Positions 56,301 through 64,000 of a stretch of DNA of 64,000 nucleotides are shown here, in pieces. Position numbers and translations under genes: made by a program. The stretch's first letter is position 1. Each line of letters begins with the position of its first letter. A model generated the notes under the pieces. The model ran no database searches and was not told the DNA's origin. It worked only from the letters and a program-made list of their open reading frames with translations. Source of the DNA: a virus; the IMG/VR virus record IMGVR_UViG_3300042308_000216, positions 1 through 64,000 of that record; one strand, 5' to 3'.

Positions 56301-59300
56301 TATTAAGATTGGTGCTGTGCAGAATCCTGTAACAGTATTCAATCCTGATGGAACAGTTAATCCTGATATTGACTTTACAAGCTCTACAAAGTCTTTAACT
56401 AGAGATGGATATAGAATTCAGTTAGAGGTTCCTTTAAAAGATAAGAAAGAAGTTAATAGAGGTACACAAGAGATTAAACTTTTGTTTACAGATTTACTTG
56501 ACCATAAATTTGCTAATGGTAAAACAGGACAACAGTTAAAAACTGAATACCTTGATTTAAACAGACAACTATTTAAAACTCAATTAGAGATATTTAAAAA
56601 CCAAATAGATGCAGATGAAAAAGGTGAATTTAATATTCAACTATTAAGAGATAAACTAGTAGAAGAAGCACAATCAAGAAACTTTTCACTGAATGAGATT
56701 GAGTCTTTGAGACTAGTTGATTTAGACTCTGAAGGTAAGTTTGTAATTCCATTAGTTTTTAACTCAGCATCAGATAAGTTTGAAAGCTTAATGATTTCTT
56801 TAATAGATAACTCTGTTAGAAAACAAAAGCAAACTGGTTACAGCTCTCCATTAGGTTCATCTTCTGGATTTAAATTTCAGAATGACCTTAAAAGTATAGA
56901 TAAGAGTAAAATTATTTGGGTTGAAGGTTTTGATCCATCAGGAGATTTAAAGCAACAAAGAATTGTAGATGGTAAAGTAAGAGGTTCACAAGTATTTGTA
57001 CCTTGGAAATTCAGAGATAACAATGGTAAGCTTTTAAATGCAAAAGATTTTACTAAAGAGTTGCCTGATGGTAGAATAGTAATTGATCATGATAAATTAC
57101 CAAAAGATATATTAAAGTCATTTGGATTTAGGATTCCTACACAGGGATTAAACTCAATGGCTTATATTGAGATTGCAGGATTTTTACCAGAAGAATCTGG
57201 TGACTTGTTAATTGCACCTGCTGAATTTACAAAGCAGATGGGTTCTGACTTTGACATTGATAAATTATATAGTTACTTATATACTACAGAATTTAATTAT
57301 AAAACTGGTAAACTAGAAAAGTTTGTATTTAATAATAAAGATGTATTTGAAATACTATCTAGTACTAACTCTAGTTTAGTTACTAAAGACAATAAAGATT
57401 ACAGATTAAAAACATTAATCAAAGAGTTTGGATATATTAAAGTAGCCAAATCTCTTTTCCAATTTTATAACAGTAAAATAGATACTCTTAAAAAAGAGTT
57501 AGATGATAAGTGGTCATTACATGAAGCTTTTGTAAGTAATGTACTAGACACTATTGATGTTAAAGAAGCATCATTGGATACAAATAAAACATTAATCAAT
57601 AAAGCTTTTAGAGAGAATGAAATCTATGTTGCTTTCTTGAGAGATGAGTTATCAGAGTTAAGGTCTGTAATATCTGCATTAGAGAAAAATGAATTAGATG
57701 AAGGTGTTAATGAATACCTTGTAGATAAATTTGATATCTATGTAGATGAAGTAAGAACAGAAAGTATAAATGAATTACTTAGAAAAGAGTTTGAATTAAA
57801 TAATAGATTAGAAAAATCTGTTGTAATAAAAGAAAGTCTTAAGAAGTTTAATGCTTCTATTAGTGATACTGTAAAAGTTGCTTTAGATATTAAGAATGAT
57901 ATTTTTGAGACTAAAAGAGATTTAAGAAATATATTAAAGTACACTAGTACATTACAGAATGAAATTCTAGATATGCACATCACAGTGCTATCTGACCCAT
58001 CAGATTTAGTACAGTCTAAAGTAACATCAGCATTAGGATTTGGTAAGCTAGGTGAACTTAAAAAGGTATATGATAAAGAATCTAAATCAAAAGCAGAAAG
58101 TACTAGCCCTTTATCATCAGGATACCAATCTCAGAAATATTTATCTGCAAGAGGTGGTAAAGCAGGTACAGGATACTTTAGTGCATTAAATGTATTTGTA
58201 TCTGTTATGCAGGGACTAGGATTAAAGTATAATGTATCTACTCCTGTAGATAATGGTAAATTTGCAATGATAGAGAAAAACCTAGTTATCCATAAAAAAG
58301 GTAATGGGTTGAGTAAGAATGTTGATAACATGAATAACCTTAAATCTGAGAATGCTGTAGCATACCAATCAGCAGCTGTGGATGATGAGAAAGAACAGAT
58401 TATGGCTTCTCTTAATATCACATCAGAAACATTCTATGCTATTGGTGCATGGATATTAGATGGTCATTCACAAGAAGCTATTACAGGTATTTTAACTCAG
58501 CCTATTGTTGCTGAGTATATCAATGCAATCAATAATAAAACAGATATTTTTTCAGATTTTACTAAGAATGCAGATCTTATTGTGTTTAATGAGTTGTATG
58601 AAAAGTACTCTAAGATGACAGGTCTTAGTCAAGAAATATTAAATGAAACTGATTTTAATAATACTGTATTATCAGAAGATGTTTTATGGAATTCTTACAA
58701 AGCTACTACTAAAGATGCTAATTGGGCTATGACTCAATTAACTGCTCTACATAAATTTAGAGAAGCTGATGTTATGGGTAAAAGCATACAAAAAACCATC
58801 AGTGCATTTAGTGTGGATTCTAAAGGATTAGGTAAATCTTTTATAGAAGTTGGTTTAAAGTTAGATGATATTAAAACTGAAAGAGAAAGTGGTAAAATTA
58901 CTAACATAGAAAAACTACTTAATCAATCTGTAGGTGGATTAGCTGTGCAATATTCTTTAGAAACAGTTCACCAACTATTTAGTAAGTTCTACCCATACTT
59001 AATTCCTGAAAGTTATAACAAAGTTACTTTTGATGAGTATTTACAAGTTACATTTAAAGATAATCTTTCAGCAGAGCAAAGAGAAAAAGAGTTTAGAGAT
59101 TTCTATAACCACATGAAAGCTGGTGTGTATGCAAATATGCTTCAGCAACCTGGTGTAGATTTATATACTAGAAGAAAAGAGTTAATGTATGGTGAAAATT
59201 CATTAGGTAAAAGAGTACAAGAACTGCAAAAAACTACTAAGAACCCATTTTTAATTAAACTTACTCCTAATGTAGCTACTATTGTAGGAGATCCTGATAC

Positions 59301-62300
59301 AGTAAGTATGAGGTCTATTGGTGGTGAGTTATTTAATGAAGATGATTTATATGTTGGCTTTTTAGATTTATTTAATAAACCTGAAAACAGACAGTTAGCT
59401 AAAGACTTAGTTGATTACTTCTATATTAATGGTGGTAGTCAGAAAGCTAGAGAGTTTTCTAAATATATTCCAACTGGGTTTATGGTTGCTAGTGGTTATG
59501 CAGATAGTTTAAGAAGTGCTAACTTATTTAACCTATCAAATATTCTAGGTTCACCTCAAATGTTTTTACAGAACTACATCAGAAACAATCCTAGTAAAGC
59601 ACCTCAACTTAATAGAGGAGATTATACTATGAGTCCTGATGGTAAAGTCACTGTTACTAGTGACCAATTTACATATGTACCTAAAAATGGTGTTGATGTT
59701 GGTGTTAGTACAGCAATACCTTATGTTTCAATACCAGAAGTAAAAGTAAATCCAGATGATAGTATTAAAGTAACTATAAGACTTTACATGTATGATGACC
59801 AAGGTAGTTATGTAGAAATTCCTAGATTGGGATTTACAACATCAAACTATTCAGGTACAGAGTATGGTAGTAGATATTCTGCTATAGATTCTAATGCTGT
59901 AAAACAAAGAGTTCAAAATCCTAATACAGTGCAAGAACCTGTTAGGCAAGAAGCTAGTTCAGATCCTGTTATTCCAAATAGTATTAAAGTAGCTGCTAAT
60001 GACTTTGAAGCACTAAACATTAATAAGGTTAATAACAAAGAAGATGTTAAAGTAACACTATCTATTATTAATAACAGTACATCAAAAGCATTATTAGACT
60101 TACTTGATAAAATAGGTAGCTTAACTTTAGAAGCTACTCCAGGTAATTCTTCATATAAAGCAGGTAGAATTACAATAGATAGTAGAATTAAAGATCCATC
60201 TGTACTACAAACTAAAGTATTGCATGAAGTTACACATGCTGTAACATCTGAAATAATTAATAAAATACTATTAAACCCTAATAACCCTAACTTTGAAGGA
60301 TTATCTGAATCTCAAAAGTTAGCTTACATGAGGTTAAATAAAACATTTACTACATTAAGACAATCTGTAATTGATGGTAGAGTACCTGGATTAAACAAAG
60401 AAGGATTAGAATTATTTGAAGCTAAAATAGATGCCCTTAAAAAAGGTCAAAAAGGAATTGACTTTACACCAGATGATGTTGAGTATAATCCATATTTAAA
60501 TCTTAAAGAATTTTTAGCAGAAGCATTTTCTAATACTACTTTTCAAAAGCAATTAGATGCTATGAAATTTACTGAAGACAGATCAATGCTTCAGAAGTTG
60601 TTAGAAGATATTGCAAACTTCTTAAATAAATTTGTAGCTGACTACAATAAAGATAATGTACTTGCTTCTGTACTATATGATGGGTTTACACTAGCTGGTG
60701 GTAATGAAGTAAATATTTATTTTAAATCTGGTGAAAATAGAATACTATCTAATTTAAATTTAAATTCTTTTACAGGTAAAGATGGTAAAAGATATGCTTC
60801 TGTAGAACATGCATACCAATCTTGGAAATCAGGATCATTTGATGAATCAACATATACATCTCCTAATTGGGTATTTAATGGTGGAGATAATTATAAAGTA
60901 TCTGGTAATAAAGGTACTAAAACAGAAAACAATTGGAATCTAGATTTAATGAAAGGTCTTATTAGACAATCATTAGATCAAAACCCAAATGCTAAACAAG
61001 CATTACTTAATACAGGAGATAAAATACTTACTCATAACCAAGATAATACTATTTGGAAAAATGCTTTTCCTCAGATATTAATGGAATTAAGAAAAGAGTA
61101 TTATGATGCAGGATTATCTGGTGTTAACAATCCAAGTGATTATGTTAATCACTCTGGTGGTGCTGTAGGTTCTGATGAATCTTGGGATATTATAGGTAGA
61201 CAATTTGGTGTAACACAGCATAAGCATTACAGAGAACCAGGTGCATTAAAGCTAGACTCAGCTGAACTTGATAGTAGAGGTATTAAACCTGTAAATGTAT
61301 CTGAAGCTTTATACAATGAAGGTATTCAAAAATCTACTAGAGCAGCTCAACAAATGTATGGGTTAAAAGGTCAGATAAAAATGAATTACATTATTCGTAA
61401 TTGGGCACAAGTTAAAAATGCTGACTCTATATATGCAATAGGTGTAATTCTTAAACCTGGTAATAGACTTAATACAAAAGATGATAGAATAGCTTTAGTA
61501 CCACAAGTAAAAGGAGGTACAGGATATGCAGTACAGATGGCTATTAATGAAGGTAAGCCTGTATATGTATATGATGGCACAAAGAATGGGTGGTTTAAAT
61601 ATGATTACAATATAAAAGATTTTGTACCTACAAGTATACCAACACTTACTAAAAACTTTGCTGGTATAGGCTCAAGAAAATCTCAAGATTGGAATAAAGA
61701 TTTACAAGCTATTAGAGATGTTTATGCTAATACTTTTAAAGTACAGCAAGATACTTCTACAAATACTGGAGGTAATCCAAAAGGAGAGAAAATTGCTGAT
61801 GGTATGTATGTAAACCAACAAGGACTATCTCCACAAGAAGAACTTGAATTATTTGAACTTGTTAGACCAATTTTAGAGCAACAAGCTGTAAAAAGTAATA
61901 AAGGTAAATCAGCTCCTAAAATGGCTGGATTAAATTTAAATTGGGATTATGTAAGTAATAGAAGAGGGCAACAGACAAGAATAAATGTTGGAGAAACATT
62001 AAAACCTAATGATACTTATGGTTGGTTTACACAATCTGCTAATGGTCAAGAGTTATATCCAATTACTGGTAGAATGATAGAGTTAATGAGTAAAGCTACT
62101 GGTATAGATGTTAGTAATTATGATGGTTCTATTATAAATATATATGATTCTAATAGTTTTATTGGTAACCATCCTGATATTGATGAAAGTAAGACAGCAG
62201 AAAAATATCCTGTTGTTGTTGTTAATATAGGAGGTCCAGGAAATATTGTATTAGGTAATAAAAAAGTTGATTTAAATTCAGGAGCAGGTTATGTATTTGG

Positions 62301-64000
62301 ATTTGAAGGTAAAAATAGAACTATACCTCATTCTACTTATGCAGCACCTATTAAAGGTACATTACCATCTATAACAACAAGTATGGATGGTGAGACATTA
62401 GCAGCTGGTTCTTATAGAGTTTCAATTACTATGAGAAGAGTTATGCCTTTAGAGCAAGGTATGCCTAGTAAACCAAATACAGTTAATACCATATCTAAAA
62501 CTCAACCTGTTGAAACTAGTACTGAAGAAATTCAACAAAACTTAGCTGAACCTACACCTCAACCTCAGAAGAGTACATTTACATATAAAAATAAAACTAT
62601 AGAAACTGAGTTTAAACTAACAAATGGTCAAGTAAATGCAATAGAAAGACTTACTGATTTTGCATTAGGTAACACTAAAACAATTACATTGCAAGGAGCT
62701 GCTGGTACAGGTAAAACATCTGTTATAGGTTACTTACAAAAGTTCCTAGGTGACAACTATAACTTTATTTATATGGCACCTACACATGCAGCAACTGCTG
62801 AGTTAGCAACTGCTACAGTTAAGTCAGGTAATAGAGATTTACCTATGACTGTACAATCTGCATTTAATAAAAGACAGAATCAAGATACTGGTGAGTGGGA
62901 ATATGGTACTACTAAAAAGTTAAATAATAAATTAGAGTATACAGATAATATTATTGTAATAGATGAAGTATCTATGTTAGCTGATAAAGACTACAACATA
63001 ATACTAGATGCTATTAAAAAGAAACAGATTCAAGTTATCTTTATGGGTGACATACTTCAGATACCTGAAGTTGATACTAATAATCCAGAAAGAAAAAGTG
63101 TATCAAAAGCATTTTCTGCTAATGAGCAAGTATTACTTACTGAAGTAAAAAGAACTGATGATAATGATATACTTACAATCTTAACAGAACTTAGAAACAA
63201 CCCAACAAGTTTAATACCAGTAATACCAAATAGTAATAGATTACAGTATTTAGACCAAGGAGAGTTTGATAATCAAATAGTAGAAACTATTAGAATAGAA
63301 CCTGAAGAAACTGTACTACTTAGCTATACAAATAATGGTGTTAAAGACAGTAATAGAAAATTAAGAAGAGCATTAGGTAGAGTTGGTAATCTACAAGAAA
63401 ATGATATTATAGTTGGTTTTTCAGGTTACAAGTCTAAGCAAATTGAAAAAGGAAACATTGCTAATAGTGTTAGATACACTGTAGAAAATGTTGAAAAAGA
63501 TGGTAGTAATTATATTATAACAGCAAAATCTCAAAAGCTAAAGGCTTTAGAAGATTTAGGTGTAAAGAATGTAAATGAATATGCAGTAGGTACATACAAA
63601 CAATTATCAGCAAATGATTCTTTAGTATTTGAAGACCTTACTAATGAAGACCTTGAAAAAAACAATAGAGATGTTTCAGAAATATTAAAACTAGTTTATG
63701 ATACTAAGCAAGCTGCTGTAGCTAGAAGAATTAGATGGAATGTATATGATGCTGCTTTAGCTAAAGCATCTATGTATTTTGAAAATGTTAATTTAGGTAG
63801 TGACTATGTTTATAATCCAAATACAAATAGAATGGAGTTATACAACTATATAGTTCATGGTGACATACTTAAAAACTTTGCAGAGTTAAAAGTAGAAAAA
63901 GGTATTGACTATGGTCATGCTATTACTATACATAAATCTCAAGGTAGTACAATCAAGAATGTATTTTTTGATGCTAGTACTTTACCTCAAGGAACATCTT
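53338..64000 (+). CDS. virion-packaged RNA polymerase polyprotein (over 3550 aa, truncated by window end) fused to zincin, NADAR, cpSLOG, AlkB and SF1B helicase domains
   Basis: ATG 53338 (TAATG overlap); ATDAQEY 55921, RIPTQG 57130, catalytic GSDFDIDK 57241-57264; HEVTH 60223; SVEHAYQ ~60800; HSGGAVGSD 61150; HPD 62170; GAAGTGKT 62695; all in the same frame. Confidence 0.92.
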   Translation, partial: MSNCQTTFQDRTIPSGDFEFQIASNQIDLSPTDKSDLDTMSLLTLDLSTIPLLSPDKINSAQQEEMINWLTGEVINFSLNNAVKGVDEKELINNAFNDASELLKSGALQAVELGIPILEERINSILEVYDKLKEIVQIRVNNFGIDFEADAVTPEDATENYEEDKALKVNPYTKIGQEIKRQLFTIYDLDSLQEDGSYTEDDVKRTWFGFPAYKSINQVLPTILSHSKDLPAEFDVIKAKMLDSKDANKWFVPLLDKLSEADGQVRNQFSRWASKAQINLKYLLFDTKTNEFQFNNSNSGRQVDIITNKWKNNLIQTELFKINPDTNEYELDREKADAITKNFEAFSEKYKMLKENYPEELFTELADILKSIGVDIKPREIKRMQRFLDTQGTKWGNSPRAKFSQFFVADKGAVDFMIQRLSKADKEAEGSFNKYNPLSNNTGVRALTLLYSYYQEISTNDSYKNSNNDTIYAYSPKKYATDQFQRIADTAYLGRLMETQFASNSTWGKALMSEDPDTRARFLEVFTLDYFDGATGKGSKLNTPFDQLSASEREKFLLTCFQNQNRKVQSKYRYGSTSYLTMSDKKTLISVQHILEDVDINPETNKLGSKSIDLLYQVFKAEQQRIREFEALSAENKKGLSKEYVKGAKEYILNPWVTKYKAEGKELDSSEDVKIAIEEYYNDIINTKIATWKEVGIISTDNEDNITTTFDKEYFENVKNSKVGSKANINAAIAYAAIDYEVNTIIGNLNLFQLFAGDPASYWKNNVDDTLVNVGKRLAAQIAPGDSLANTRYTDIAGINGHSYTQVIAKDHKMISSSIKYLTKLLDGKEVTDKEIEDYRAGNTKAIEEKYPNAAAYFDIEATDAQEYTTALEHAYNLYHEGKLSDKVYKDLANKLINDRELSDSDVKVLMQPMKPVYFNGDVKSAGTGSLNYYDMSYIKTSSFPLLKEFTVGTELDKLRKQLEKLQDPTGSKDPSQIKLVRMVMSSGIKIGAVQNPVTVFNPDGTVNPDIDFTSSTKSLTRDGYRIQLEVPLKDKKEVNRGTQEIKLLFTDLLDHKFANGKTGQQLKTEYLDLNRQLFKTQLEIFKNQIDADEKGEFNIQLLRDKLVEEAQSRNFSLNEIESLRLVDLDSEGKFVIPLVFNSASDKFESLMISLIDNSVRKQKQTGYSSPLGSSSGFKFQNDLKSIDKSKIIWVEGFDPSGDLKQQRIVDGKVRGSQVFVPWKFRDNNGKLLNAKDFTKELPDGRIVIDHDKLPKDILKSFGFRIPTQGLNSMAYIEIAGFLPEESGDLLIAPAEFTKQMGSDFDIDKLYSYLYTTEFNYKTGKLEKFVFNNKDVFEILSSTNSSLVTKDNKDYRLKTLIKEFGYIKVAKSLFQFYNSKIDTLKKELDDKWSLHEAFVSNVLDTIDVKEASLDTNKTLINKAFRENEIYVAFLRDELSELRSVISALEKNELDEGVNEYLVDKFDIYVDEVRTESINELLRKEFELNNRLEKSVVIKESLKKFNASISDTVKVALDIKNDIFETKRDLRNILKYTSTLQNEILDMHITVLSDPSDLVQSKVTSALGFGKLGELKKVYDKESKSKAESTSPLSSGYQSQKYLSARGGKAGTGYFSALNVFVSVMQGLGLKYNVSTPVDNGKFAMIEKNLVIHKKGNGLSKNVDNMNNLKSENAVAYQSAAVDDEKEQIMASLNITSETFYAIGAWILDGHSQEAITGILTQPIVAEYINAINNKTDIFSDFTKNADLIVFNELYEKYSKMTGLSQEILNETDFNNTVLSEDVLWNSYKATTKDANWAMTQLTALHKFREADVMGKSIQKTISAFSVDSKGLGKSFIEVGLKLDDIKTERESGKITNIEKLLNQSVGGLAVQYSLETVHQLFSKFYPYLIPESYNKVTFDEYLQVTFKDNLSAEQREKEFRDFYNHMKAGVYANMLQQPGVDLYTRRKELMYGENSLGKRVQELQKTTKNPFLIKLTPNVATIVGDPDTVSMRSIGGELFNEDDLYVGFLDLFNKPENRQLAKDLVDYFYINGGSQKAREFSKYIPTGFMVASGYADSLRSANLFNLSNILGSPQMFLQNYIRNNPSKAPQLNRGDYTMSPDGKVTVTSDQFTYVPKNGVDVGVSTAIPYVSIPEVKVNPDDSIKVTIRLYMYDDQGSYVEIPRLGFTTSNYSGTEYGSRYSAIDSNAVKQRVQNPNTVQEPVRQEASSDPVIPNSIKVAANDFEALNINKVNNKEDVKVTLSIINNSTSKALLDLLDKIGSLTLEATPGNSSYKAGRITIDSRIKDPSVLQTKVLHEVTHAVTSEIINKILLNPNNPNFEGLSESQKLAYMRLNKTFTTLRQSVIDGRVPGLNKEGLELFEAKIDALKKGQKGIDFTPDDVEYNPYLNLKEFLAEAFSNTTFQKQLDAMKFTEDRSMLQKLLEDIANFLNKFVADYNKDNVLASVLYDGFTLAGGNEVNIYFKSGENRILSNLNLNSFTGKDGKRYASVEHAYQSWKSGSFDESTYTSPNWVFNGGDNYKVSGNKGTKTENNWNLDLMKGLIRQSLDQNPNAKQALLNTGDKILTHNQDNTIWKNAFPQILMELRKEYYDAGLSGVNNPSDYVNHSGGAVGSDESWDIIGRQFGVTQHKHYREPGALKLDSAELDSRGIKPVNVSEALYNEGIQKSTRAAQQMYGLKGQIKMNYIIRNWAQVKNADSIYAIGVILKPGNRLNTKDDRIALVPQVKGGTGYAVQMAINEGKPVYVYDGTKNGWFKYDYNIKDFVPTSIPTLTKNFAGIGSRKSQDWNKDLQAIRDVYANTFKVQQDTSTNTGGNPKGEKIADGMYVNQQGLSPQEELELFELVRPILEQQAVKSNKGKSAPKMAGLNLNWDYVSNRRGQQTRINVGETLKPNDTYGWFTQSANGQELYPITGRMIELMSKATGIDVSNYDGSIINIYDSNSFIGNHPDIDESKTAEKYPVVVVNIGGPGNIVLGNKKVDLNSGAGYVFGFEGKNRTIPHSTYAAPIKGTLPSITTSMDGETLAAGSYRVSITMRRVMPLEQGMPSKPNTVNTISKTQPVETSTEEIQQNLAEPTPQPQKSTFTYKNKTIETEFKLTNGQVNAIERLTDFALGNTKTITLQGAAGTGKTSVIGYLQKFLGDNYNFIYMAPTHAATAELATATVKSGNRDLPMTVQSAFNKRQNQDTGEWEYGTTKKLNNKLEYTDNIIVIDEVSMLADKDYNIILDAIKKKQIQVIFMGDILQIPEVDTNNPERKSVSKAFSANEQVLLTEVKRTDDNDILTILTELRNNPTSLIPVIPNSNRLQYLDQGEFDNQIVETIRIEPEETVLLSYTNNGVKDSNRKLRRALGRVGNLQENDIIVGFSGYKSKQIEKGNIANSVRYTVENVEKDGSNYIITAKSQKLKALEDLGVKNVNEYAVGTYKQLSANDSLVFEDLTNEDLEKNNRDVSEILKLVYDTKQAAVARRIRWNVYDAALAKASMYFENVNLGSDYVYNPNTNRMELYNYIVHGDILKNFAELKVEKGIDYGHAITIHKSQGSTIKNVFFDASTLPQGTS

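Noticed and set aside
1805-64000. Stop-codon reassignment (TAG to Gln or TGA to Trp), as in some Crassvirales
   Set aside because: all large genes are open in the standard code, and TGA ends genes at ATGA overlaps (2842, 4237)
53339-64000. Apparent 10.6-kb gene desert in the ORF track
   Set aside because: artefact: one ORF without a stop codon inside the window (the RNA polymerase polyprotein)

Overview
This window is about 64 kb of an AT-rich crAss-like phage (Crassvirales-type podovirus), read in the standard genetic code. TAnnTTTG promoters and a T9SS sorting domain point to a Bacteroidota host, probably an environmental gliding one. Positions 1-1440 are the start of a divergently transcribed minus-strand arm. 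It holds small membrane ORFs and a largely ORF-free ~700-nt stretch containing a densely base-paired ~450-nt putative ncRNA and two small pseudoknots. From 1805 on, everything is on the plus strand in canonical crAss gene order: GroES, HU/IHF-like and ferritin-like genes, terminase, portal, scaffold-like protein, major capsid protein, ring/auxiliary/hub proteins, collagen-like and beta-rich fibres, a lysis region, ring proteins, the muzzle and three cargo proteins. The lysis region has two endolysins flanking a host-like cassette of secreted proteins, one with a T9SS type-B C-terminal domain. The last gene is a giant ORF (53338 to beyond 64000, absent from the ORF track because it has no stop in the window). 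It encodes the virion RNA polymerase (GSDFDIDK) fused to a zincin peptidase, NADAR, circularly permuted SLOG, AlkB dioxygenase and a Dda/RecD-like SF1B helicase. The top leads are (1) this injected polymerase plus DNA-repair/anti-defence polyprotein, (2) the ornate ncRNA, (3) the phage-encoded T9SS cargo cassette and (4) about 20 repeated x-x-x-G-G motifs (often Y-A-x-G-G) in a cargo protein. All assignments come from reading motifs and synteny by eye; no searches were run.
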